Position numbers and translations under genes: made by a program. 64,000 nt of DNA from Octopus sinensis (taxonomy: Eukaryota): positions 64,666,001-64,730,000 of the forward strand of contig NC_043008.1 of the NCBI RefSeq assembly GCF_006345805.1, read 5' to 3'. Shown here piece after piece: positions 53,627 to 64,000 of the stretch (positions within the stretch are counted from its first letter, which is position 1; every line of letters starts with the position of its first letter). The notes below the pieces were generated by a model that made no database searches, had not been told where the DNA came from, and worked only from the letters and a program-made list of their open reading frames with translations.

Positions 53627-54288
53627 GGCGGCGAGCTGGCAGGAACGCTAGCACGCCGGGCGAAATGCTTAGCGGTATTTCGTCGCCAAAGGCGGCAAGC
53701 TGGCAGAATCGTTAGCATGCCAGGCGAAATGCGTAGCCGTATTTCGTCTGCCGTTACGTTCTGAGTTCAAATTCCGCCGAGGTCGACTTTGCCTTTCATC
53801 CTTTCGGGGTCGATTAAATAAGTACCAGTTACGCACTGGGGTCAATCTAATCGACTTAATCCGTTTGTCTGTCCTTGATTGTCCCCTCTGTGTTTAGCCC
53901 CTTGTGGGTAGTAAAGAAATAGGTATTTCGTCTGCCGCTACGTTCTGAGTTCAAATTCCGCCGAGGTCGACTTTGCCTTTCATCCTTTCGGGGTCGATTA
54001 AATAAATACCAGTTACGCACTGAGGTCGATATAATCGACTTAATCCGATTGTCTGTCCTTGTTTGTCCTCTCTATGTTTAGCCCCTTGTGGGTAGTAAAG
54101 AAATAGGTATTTCGTCTGCCGTTACGTTCTGAGTTCAAATTCCGCCGAGGTCGACTTTGCCTTTCATCCTTTCGGGGTCGATAAATTAAGTACCAGTTAC
54201 GCACTGGGGTCGGTGTAATCAACATAACCCCTTTTCTGTCCTTGTTTGTCCCCTCTATGTTTAGCCCCTTGTGGGCAATAAAGAAAGA
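53627..54288 (+). mobile_element. Multimeric/nested SINE B (2 heads, 3 bodies) with an 18-bp TSD
   Basis: Heads at 53627 and 53690; bodies restart at ggtatttcgtctgcc (53922 and 54106, 184-bp period); aatatgttcaaaaataaa flanks both ends. Confidence 0.9.
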
Positions 54289-54469
54289 AATATGTTCAAA
54301 AATAAATGTGGCATGATCAAATCCTTTGTTCTTATGTTGGTTTTGAAGCAGTTTTATGTTATCTTATGACATTTAAATTAAGAAAATTGGAACAATTTCA
54401 TTCGAGTAACATGTGATTCTTCAATTTTTAAATACTAACAATGTTTACGGGCGGAAATAATAATTTATA

Positions 54470-54680
54470 CTTACTATAAAGACAACACCTGAAATTTTGC
54501 GAAAGGAAGCTAGTCGATGGCATCAATTCCAGTTCTCAAATAGTTATTTTTTTTTATCGGCCCGAGAGAATGAAAAGCAAAATCTGCCTTGGAGGAATTT
54601 CATCTCAGAAAGTAACGCCGGAAGAAACGCTACTAAGCATTTTGACCGGTGCGGTAACGATTCTGCCGGCTCACTGCGTT
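54470..54680 (-). mobile_element. Old SINE B-related copy
   Basis: tttatcggcccgagagaatgaaaagcaaa..ctcagaa..ctaagcatttt..taacgattctgccggctc. Confidence 0.65.
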
Positions 54681-54918
54681 TACAGCAGCAAATGATAAAA
54701 TTTTGTACCATATCTCTTTAAAAGGTTTTGAAAGAAAATTTATTGGCTGCCAATACGTCACCGTAGTACACGCTTACTGCGTAGTTTGTTGTTTATATAT
54801 GATGTTTCGACATGAAAACATAAACGTAATATCCAAGCAGTTGCTTAGTCTTCAAAAACTAGCAGCTAAATATTCCTAAAATAATACCATATAATCTTAG
54901 ATAATATATATATATATA

Positions 54919-55295
54919 GGCGCAGGTGTGGCTGTGTGGTAAGTATCTTGCTTACCAGCCACATGGTTCCGGGTTCATTCCCACTGCGTGGCACCTTGGG
55001 CAAGCCTTGTGAGTGGATTTGGTAGACAGAAACTGAAAGAAGCCCGTCATATATAAGTGTATATATATGTATGTGTGTGTATATGTTTGTGTGTCTTTGT
55101 TTGTCCCCCAACATCGCTTGACAACCGATGGTGGTGTGTTTACGTCCCCGTAACTTAGCGGTTCTGCAAAGGAGACCGATAGAATAAGTACTAGGCTTCC
55201 AAAGTATAAGTCCCGGGGTCGATTTGTTTGACTAAAGGGGGTGCTCCAGAATGGCCGCAGTCAAATGACTGAAACAAGTAAAAGGGTAAAAGAAT
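54919..55295 (+). mobile_element. SINE A with an ~30-bp internal deletion
   Basis: ccttgggcaag joins directly to ccttgtgag. Confidence 0.9.
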
Positions 55296-55975
55296 ATATA
55301 TATATATATATATATATACATGCTGAATGATGTCTATTCTCTGATAAATAAAAGGACGGGACATGATGACTCGAAAGTCTGTCGTTATAGGTATGCGCAG
55401 TCAGGGTTGACCTAGGGCCAGGTAATAATGTCTACAAGTAATAGAACAACTACTATCACTACATCTCGTCATCATCAACAACAATAGCAACAGCAATACT
55501 GTAATGCTATCAGGGCTGATCTTCAATGCACAATAGCAACAACTCGTTACAGTTCGCATCGTAATAGAATAAGAGCTGGAATCTATCGACATAATGTCAT
55601 TAGAAGATGTCCTTCTGTTAGTAAAAAATGGCAATAGAAAAACAAAGCGAAAATATTTCTGCTACTACAGTTTAAACATATCCCTATTATATATACATCT
55701 TGTACACTGAAAAAAAAAACAGGGTTTCGGGTGACCTCGCGTAATTGTTCTTGTACTAACTTAATGTCGTTGTGCCCTGCATTTGGTCTTGAGAGAAACC
55801 AGCTAGATATTGTGACAATATTTACTTTCTCTTCGTCTTTTTCCACCTCTTTCTCTCTCCCTTCTCTCTCATCAGTCTCTCTCTCTCTCTCTCTTTATCT
55901 GTCTATCTATCTGTAAATCCATGCATCTGCCTACCTTTCGATCGCAATATCTATTTCTACCTGCTCACTTTCTCA

Positions 55976-56030
<55 letters not shown>

Positions 56031-56103
56031 TATATATACATGTACACACACTCACATAAATATACACACCTAAATATTTAAATCTATATATGTCCCCAGG
56101 GAC

Positions 56104-56610
56104 CATAAGTTTTTCAACCCACTTAACATCAAGGTGGGCTACATATGTTTATACAACATCGCTTCTGAAAGTGTACGCTACAACAGACGCAATCATGCAT
56201 CCACACAATCTCCAGGCCCAACCTGTAATTGTCAAAACCCTACCTGTTTCTCTCTGCCATCTGAAGGACTGTATTCTACAGAGCTACTTTCACACCATAT
56301 GATAGCATCACGAGATACTATACGGATGTGACAGCCACTGAGTTCAGGAATAGGTACGCTCAGCATATGCATTCACTTAGACGAGAGAAATTTACCTCTT
56401 TGCCTCATTTCCTGAGGAGACTTCGTGACCTCCAGAATGACACCCCAGATTCGAAGGGGACATCATGGACAGGACCCTAGTTTGCGCACTCAGCGCCAAC
56501 AATTGCCAGCTGTTTGTTCGCGAAAGACTGTATATTCTCCACCAACCTGCGGCAACTATCACTAGGAAATACGAACTATTTTATTGCAGCTATAAGTGGT
56601 ACATCCTTCA
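56104..56610 (+). pseudogene. Degenerate PLE GIY-YIG endonuclease / C-terminal remnant (Naiad-like by motif, inference)
   Basis: HKFFNPLNIKVGYICLYNI..TCNCQNPTC, then after frameshifts YYTDVTATEFRNRYAQHMHSLR..TSLPHFL and NCQLFVRERLYIL..RKYELFYC. These match the PLE pattern HKIFNRxxxKxSYSC..CNC..YxGxTxxxFKxRYxxHxxS..CxLCxxEKxxIL..RxE..C. Confidence 0.65.
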
Positions 56611-56791
56611 GGTAAACTCAGATATACTACCATAACATTGGCTGCACCTCAACATTAGCTGCCCCATAACCAAGGTATTTAACTATCGATACCTACGCAG
56701 CCGCAGACATCCCCTGTACGCTCCTAGGTTTTGGTAATAAGTCTACGAAACTTTATGGCGCACGGAGCCGAATCAAACTGTTTAGAATAAA

Positions 56792-56843
56792 ACCACCACC
56801 ACCATCACCACCACTACCAATACTACTACTACTACTACTACTG

Positions 56844-56940
<97 letters not shown>

Positions 56941-56956
56941 TAATATATACATACAT

Positions 56957-56992
<36 letters not shown>
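56792..56992. repeat. (CAC)n(TAC)n(TAA)n(CA)n(TA)n compound microsatellite
   Basis: Direct read. Confidence 0.95.
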
Positions 56993-56993
<1 letters not shown>

Positions 56994-57825
56994 AAACCTT
57001 ATCCACAGTCTATAAATATTTGCATATTCTATATTCCTCCACCAACCGATGAATACACGTCACAAACAAATGTCGTACATTACAAAAACGACAAGATAGG
57101 GACCAAGTCCTCTTTCACAGATACAGAAAAATAGAGCTCTTGCAGAGAATTGGGAATTAAGCTATTAAACATTATGCAAATATACGTTCAGTAGAGAAAT
57201 TGCATATTCAAATAACAGTAGCAAATATTCCAATCGTAATTAATTCTTCTTTCAGTGTACATTAGACACAAAACAATATTTTCTATATAGCATTATTGTG
57301 GTTCTCCTCTATGTACAAAGGTCAACATGTGTGATTAATAAGTACCATATAATTTGCTTGTCAGTGATACATGTTTCTGGTCGTACTGTCTGGTTGTTCA
57401 CTCAGCTTCTGTCCCTTTTTTTTTAAACCTAACATACCTGGGAATACATCTATCACGCGTATATATTATGTCTATCTTCTGCAGTTCACACGTATACAGC
57501 ACACACACACACACACAACACCCCAATTAACCCTCATATGAAGCAACTGATTCTGTACCGATAGAGCTGAATGAAATAATGAAAGCTTTTCAAAAATTTC
57601 GTAGACGTTAAATGCATTCTTCAACGCCTTTAGAGTCTTACACACATATACACAAACACTCATACACTAATACACGTAGGCACATGTACATGCAAGAATA
57701 TATAATAAGCAGTTACACACAAAAATACGCATATACATACGCTTATATGCATATATGTATATGTATTAAATATGTATATATATATATACACCCACACACA
57801 CTCACATACCCCACACACACACATA

Positions 57826-57970
57826 TATAGTTCAAATTTACAGAAAAAAAACGAAGAGAGGCATAGGAACAACAAGCAGATGTATTAATTTAGCGCTCGG
57901 GAAGAAAGGAAAAGTCTTTTACGTTTCGAACCTACACTCTCCGACAAAACTGGGCCTCTTCCTGTCGAGA
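57826..57970 (-). mobile_element. Short PLE-end-like repeat with a decayed hammerhead-like motif
   Basis: Minus: uUGUCGG-A-GAGU-guag-GUUC-GAAA-CG-UA|AAAG, then a pyrimidine-rich tail ending in (TA)/(TG). The core has 3 mismatches to CUGAnGA. Confidence 0.35.
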
Positions 57971-58087
57971 GTCCCACATGAACCTACCACGCGGCAGGAA
58001 ACGCAAATGAGGACAGCGACATCAATTTACCTTATTCACCACATTCCACATATCCGAGAAGGCGCACAAAAATAACGGCGTAGCAAA

Positions 58088-58277
58088 ACGGCGGTGCCCC
58101 AGCATGGCCGCAGCTTTGGACTGAAACTGATGAAAAAAAGTGTTTTTAATCCGATAGAATAAGCACTAGGCTTAAGAAATAAGTCCTGGGTTTGATTTAT
58201 TCGACTGAACAAATTTTCAAGGCTGTCACCCAGCATGTCCGCTGTCAAATAACCGAAAGAAGTAAAAGATAAAAGAT
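58088..58277 (+). mobile_element. Two SINE A 3' fragments in tandem
   Basis: ggcggtgccccagcatggccgcag, then ccgatagaataagcactaggctt...gtaaaagataaaagat. Confidence 0.75.
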
Positions 58278-58532
58278 TTATCTGGTTGTATGTTTGTATG
58301 TGTAAATGTGTGTAAGTGTTGGATCGTCAAACTGCAGTCACCAACAGACCGAGATCACTGAATTTAATGTCATTGAAATAAACACATCCCACACAACAAT
58401 TGCATGGTCTACTATACAGCATATCTATGCATTTTATGCCTTCTATTAATATATGTATATGTATACATATACATGTACACACATGCATATATATCTGCAC
58501 ACACACATACACACACACTCACACACACGCGC

Positions 58533-58593
<61 letters not shown>

Positions 58594-58595
<2 letters not shown>

Positions 58596-58997
58596 CGCAG
58601 GAGTGGCTGTGTGGTAAGTAGCTTGTTTACCAACTACATGGTTCCGGGTTCAGTCCCACTGTGTGGCACCTTGGGCAAGTGTCCTCTACTATAGCCTCGG
58701 GCCGACCAAAGCCTGTGAGTGGATTTGGTAGACGGAAACAGAAAGAAGCCCGTCGTATATATGTATATATATATGTGCATGTAAGTTTGTGTGTCTGTGT
58801 TTGTCCCCCTAGCATTACTTGACAACCGATACTGGTGTGTTTATATCCCCGTCACTTAGCGGTTCGGCAAAAGAGACCGATATAATAAGTACTGGGCTTA
58901 CAAAGAATAAGTCTCGGTGTCGAGTTGCTCGATTAAAGGCGGTGCTCCAGCATGGCCGCAGTCAAAATGACTGAAACAAGTAAAAGAGTAAAGAGTA
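58594..58997 (+). mobile_element. SINE A, full length
   Basis: Family A pattern. Confidence 0.92.
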
Positions 58998-59957
58998 TAT
59001 ACAACAAATTTATACACACATACATGTAAACTCACAAATATGCATATACATATACTCGCATATTAATGTACGACTTTACTCAAATAGTATTTTACCATAT
59101 GCACATCTAGAACTTCTCGGAACACATAACAAAATAGAACAAGTTCCCATTTTCTCGATGCAATCTAGATTTGCTTTAAAATTCCAACAGAATGGAAAGT
59201 ATTCTATCTTGATATCGAACGGTGTGGAGGTCTGGTGCCTTGAATCTTTTAGTTTGGTTTTCTTGCTTATTTAAGAACTTTTCCATATTCGCTGATTTGC
59301 ATTCTATAATTCATCTGATTTGCATCCTATAATTTTACCATATTGTCTTTAATTTAGATCTTTTTCGTTCAATCTTATCAAGCTAGAATTTATCGCTCTC
59401 CTATTGCTATGTTTTCGTTGATCTCCTCTTTGAGAACATCGAAGCTAAAAGCAATTGTTTCCAAAATCCAATTTCTTTTCGCTACTGTCAGTGTAATTTA
59501 ATTTTTGGCAAATTATAGAAACCCTATCAGAAAGTAATCCTTTGGTTTAGCGATGCATTTGACATTTCCAGCATTGTTTTTGTTTTTAGCTAATACTAAA
59601 CGAAAGATATGTGTAATTTAGCGTATGTAGCGGCTTGACAGACAACGAAGACTAAAATCTCCCCAATGATGACTCGATCGAATTTAGGCAAGAATTGTGG
59701 TATAAAAGTCTTATTACAAAGCAAAAGGTGATTTGACAAGAAAATAAAGTAGTATAATATGCAAACCCGTCCGTTCTTTATGTGTGAAAGCAAATCCCAG
59801 TGAAGTATCATTACACAAAAGATATTTAAAAGAATTAGGATTATGCAAAAGAAGAAATTTAAATTATTAAATTCGACTAAGGTATAACCGAAGCATAGAA
59901 TGTTCCGAAAATTAATTTTATGTAATACAGATTTTGTGTCGATTTAGAATTTCCAAA

Positions 59958-60333
59958 TCTATATATATAAAGCTGAAGTTGTCTCTGTGTGGCAGGTTTG
60001 GCAGCCTTCAACTAACACTATCTCCTCCGAGACCCTGCGGCGCAAGTTGACCAAAATTGAGAGATGATAGAAGAAGGCTTGCTCTTCATTCCATTGAAGA
60101 TAAAATTCAAATCGGACCATGTTAAGACCAAAAATTATTTACATTAAAAAAGTGCTTTTTTTCTATTTTTGTGATTTTTTGACTGCTGCATCACCATTTT
60201 TTGGTGTATTTCAACCAGAAAAATGTTCACTTAAAGAGAATAACAAGCTACATAATGCAAAATTTATACTTTTCAAAAATTCCAATTCTAAATGATTGAA
60301 ACAAACCTGAGCAACGCCGGGCGATACTGCTAG
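59958..60333 (+). mobile_element. Non-autonomous Helitron
   Basis: A|TCTATATATATAAAG...gcaacgccgggcgatactgCTAG|T; the 3' end is nearly identical to that of 48453-48849. Confidence 0.85.
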
Positions 60334-61050
60334 TTCTTTCTTGGCTTTTCCATAGCTATTTATTCATTGGTCGGCTTCAAAAAAAAAAATCTTTGCGAAA
60401 GGATTGCTGCTTTCATCATCGTTTCTTTTCTTTTCATCTTTTCATTCTATCCGGCAGTGCCCTGAAGTTTTAGACTTTTAAGGTACCAAGATAACTTAGA
60501 AGAGTTTTAAAGTAAATTTAACTGCTGTTTCTAATAATTCAAGTAACTATATGGAGAGTTTATCAAATAAATAAATCAATTATCAAAAAGATATGGGGCA
60601 CTGCCAACTCTTGTATTTTGTTTGAAAATCCTTTAAGAAATATAATGCAGAACTAATCTGAGTTGTGTTGGAGTTTCGACTTCCAATCTATATATAATAT
60701 GGAGACCTACTCTATGATAACACGTCGTAGCTCTAGAATGTGAGACCATCAATTGCCTGTTAAATGTCAGATTCACTTTCAAATTATGTTCAAGGATTTC
60801 ATTTCAATACATTATTATTTGCTTTAAGACTGTAACGTTCATCGAATAATGCACAATATTCTAATGATTTTTCTAATCCTGGTCCATTGCCATCATGATA
60901 CAAAGTTCCTGGTTTAAAATAATATAATTTAATATACCCAACAAAAATTTCAAGTTCAGTTTTGTTCCAAACATTAGCTTAACAAGGACAAAAATATTTT
61001 ACTAAATTCTTCATTATTTTGAAAATTAATAGAAAGCATAATAGTAGAGT

Positions 61051-61339
61051 GTGGAGGCGCAATGGCCCAACGGTTAGGGTAGTGGGCGTTGTGTGTGTTA
61101 ATTGAGCGAAAACACCTAAAAGCTCCACGTGATCTCCAGCGGGGGGTGGGGGGTGGCGACCCCTGTTGTACTATTTCACCATAACTTTCTCTCACTCTCT
61201 CTTCCTGTTTCTTGGCCAACGCTACTATGGACTGGCGTCCCGTTCAGCTGGTGGGGAACACATACACCACAGAAAAGGGAAACCGGGCCCATGAGCCTGG
61301 CTAGGCTTGAAAAGGGCGACGTTTATCGTTTTTTTTTTA
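61051..61339 (+). mobile_element. SINE C-related subfamily with a different central domain; 13-bp TSD
   Basis: Head gtggaggcgcaatggccc, centre tgagcgaaaacacctaaaagctccacg..ctttctctcactct, and a C-type tail; ataatagta(g/a)agt on both sides. Confidence 0.85.
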
Positions 61340-61599
61340 ATAATAGTAAAGTAGGCATTATATCTGAGGTTACTCAGGTGTATACATAAATGTTATCGTA
61401 GCTTCCAACACATGAAAATATCCACTGATTCATGATGAGCAGAGATAGTATAAGAATGAGATTTATTTTTTTTAGTGAAAGCGAAATATACATCCGTGTG
61501 ACAACTAGTCGGGAGTCGCCTAATGCAAATCTGTTCTAAGCTATGCTTGTGGATTTAACTCTTGCATGTCCAGCTTTTGCATCAACCAGTGACAGCTTT

Positions 61600-61792
61600 G
61601 TTTACCGATTTCCATAACGGAACATGTATCGTTCAGGTGCCCTCAGAATGTCGGTGAGCGTTCCTCACAGAGATCAAATGAGGTTGAAACACGTCATGAA
61701 AATGCGCCGACGTGATTCAGAGCGATCTATACAACTGTCTTGAAGAAGCTTCTCGGCGACAAAACACTGGAGCTAACACCGTTTCACCTCGA
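61600..61792 (+). pseudogene. Possible mariner transposase N-terminal (HTH) remnant
   Basis: Frameshifted MSV..DQMRLKHVMK../LYNCLEEA/LGDKTL/TVS loosely resembles mariner IHxxLxEAxGDxAL..TVSRW. Confidence 0.3.
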
Positions 61793-61880
61793 TATATGTA
61801 TGCATGTGTGTGTGTGTGTGTGTGTGCGTGCGCGTATATATATATATGTATAAATGTATATGTGTATGTGTGTGTGTCTG

Positions 61881-61937
<57 letters not shown>

Positions 61938-61948
61938 TATAAATATTA

Positions 61949-62258
61949 TGGCGGCGAGGTGGCTGAGTCGTTAGCAAGCCGAGCAAAAGGCCTAGCGGTC
62001 GAGAGATCGCGGGTTAGAATCTCAGACCGGGCGATGTGTGTGTTTATGAGCGAAACGCCTAAGCTCCACACGGCTCTGGCAGAAGGTAATGGCGAAATTC
62101 TGCTGATTCTTTCGCCACAACTTTCTCTCACTCTTTCCTCCTGCATCTTGCAGCTCACCAGCGACGGACCGGTGTCCCGTCCAGATGGGGAACCTATATG
62201 CCAAGGAAACCGGGAAACCGGCCTTTATGAGCCAGGGATGACTTGAGAAGGAACAAAC
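61949..62258 (+). mobile_element. Chimeric SINE: family B head on a family C-type body
   Basis: ggcggcgaggtggctgagtcgttagcaagcc..tagcggt (B head) joined to tgagcgaaacgcctaagctccac..ctttctctcactct..gtcccgtccag..gaaaccgggaaaccgg. Confidence 0.75.
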
Positions 62259-62857
62259 ACACGTATGCATAATACATGATGCGGTATTGCACACTTCCCA
62301 TATTCTAAATTTCATTAACCTTGCTCACAGTAGTTTCGAACCGACGAGCAAGTGATTGAAAAGCTAACTTCAGAACAACACTGTTATACGGGCACTTATA
62401 TAACCTAGAATTATGCAGTGGCTAACTTTCAACAGAAAAGAGTATAGAATGGACGAACGAATACAATAGAATAAAATTTTAACCTGATGACAGACGTCGC
62501 CCCTTTGAAGATAATATCTATAAGTGAGGAGCTTTAAATGGGTACAGACATTAATTAGCTATCAATTAATGACATCAACCGATGCTTAATAACTGAGCTA
62601 TTTCTATAAATTTCTTCCTTTGAAGATGTAGATTAGTTATCATTAAAACGGAGGTAGATCAGGCAAGAAATCAAAATATTTTAGTATTAAGATTTCACGA
62701 ATGAAAGACGAGAACATTATAATTATCTGGTCGAAGAAACTTATAATTCACTTTGGACGAAAAAGTAAAACGGGAGATAGCGTAGCTTTGACAATGAACA
62801 ATGCAGATGCTTCATCTTTGTGATAAACCATAATATTCTGATATTAAGATTGTACAT

Positions 62858-62858
62858 G

Positions 62859-62889
<31 letters not shown>

Positions 62890-62890
62890 A

Positions 62891-62962
<72 letters not shown>

Positions 62963-63038
62963 ATTATATATATATAAGTATATATATATATATATATATA
63001 TATACTATATATATATATATATACACATACATATATAC

Positions 63039-63087
<49 letters not shown>

Positions 63088-63112
63088 TATATATATATAT
63101 GAGAGAGAGAGA
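62858..63112. repeat. Interrupted (TA)n tract
   Basis: Direct read. Confidence 0.95.
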
Positions 63113-63870
63113 TAAAAATCCTATTAGGACTAAGTGATGCGTAACTATGTATAGATGTATGTTCTATATATGCTTATATAGAGCTTGTGCTACCTCTACT
63201 GCACATATCCCTTTTAAAAAGAAGTCCACGTTATATATCCTTATATGTCAGAGCATTATGGCTAGGAGTTAGTGTCATAGCTTACAAATTTTATTGTTTC
63301 ATTTTATAGTGTATTCCTATATTTTATGCTATACTGATTGCAAGCTCTATGGAAATGGCACATGTAATAGAGAAAAATAAATATTTTACAGTACTTGTGC
63401 TTTGGCAACGTTTTCATGCTTTTGCATCAATGATTTACCTCCTCTCGTTTAGATATCTATTGGGGTATTTCGTATGTCTTCTATGTGGGTATCTACGTAT
63501 TTAGTTTACTCCGCAGTATTTCGGATCAGTGTTTTTCTACAATACGCAGGGGTAACAAAAGCCGTGTGTCATCTTCTAGAAGGAAACTACGTGGAAATCT
63601 GTCGGAATGCTCGTTCATATTTGTAGGGAATAAATGCAACTCATTGTCCATTTTAATGCCATCATCTACCTACTTAGGTGTTTTTCAAACAATCCACTCG
63701 CTCTGTGGTAAGAACTGTGGCTTAGTCCTAGTTATGTACATAAATTCTAGTCACCAGTTTTGGAAACTTTGACATTAACTATAGACACTGCCCTTCTTTA
63801 CTTGGCTTAACCTTCAAAGAAAACCCCAAAATGTATCTTTTAATATTCTATAATCAATTCAATGGATTAC

Positions 63871-64000
63871 ACCTATTTCTTTACTACCCACAAGGGGCTA
63901 AACACAGAGGGGACAAACAGGAACAGACAAATGGATTAAGTCGATTACATCGACCCCAGTACGTAACTGGTACTTAATTTATCGACCCCGAAAGGATGAA
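63871..64000 (-). mobile_element. SINE B 3' part (continues beyond the window)
   Basis: Reverse complement of the B tail and central domain. Confidence 0.9.

Noticed and set aside
63440-63780. Minus-strand *VDDGIKMDNELHLFPTNMN resembling the PLE RT YVDD region
   Set aside because: A single weak motif; it cannot be supported without a profile search.

Overview
An AT-rich, microsatellite-saturated eukaryotic window with no intact protein-coding gene that I can support. Almost all ORF-track entries are translations of (TA)n, (CA)n or (GA)n tracts. The repeat content suggests a cephalopod, probably Octopus, intergenic or intronic region (inference from SINE types, not database-verified). It holds about 30 copies or fragments of three tRNA-derived SINE families (called A, B and C here), degenerate CR1-group and R4/Dong-like LINEs, Penelope-like element (PLE) RT and GIY-YIG remnants, two non-autonomous Helitrons, a pogo/Tc2-type MITE and a deleted mariner. 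The most striking signal is a set of short non-coding fold-back elements from unrelated sequence families, all beside (TA)n or other simple-repeat tracts. Their layout is an inverted copy of the tail, then a spacer, then the tail. Three (about 4.8, 7.5 and 29.5 kb) carry recognisable minimal hammerhead-ribozyme cores, so they look like PLE pseudo-LTR derivatives or retrozyme-like elements. Also notable: a SINE-mediated tandem duplication with self-nesting SINEs at 52.5-54.3 kb, a chimeric SINE, and a long hairpin whose mismatches are mostly U.G wobbles. All family assignments come from reading motifs by eye; no searches were run.
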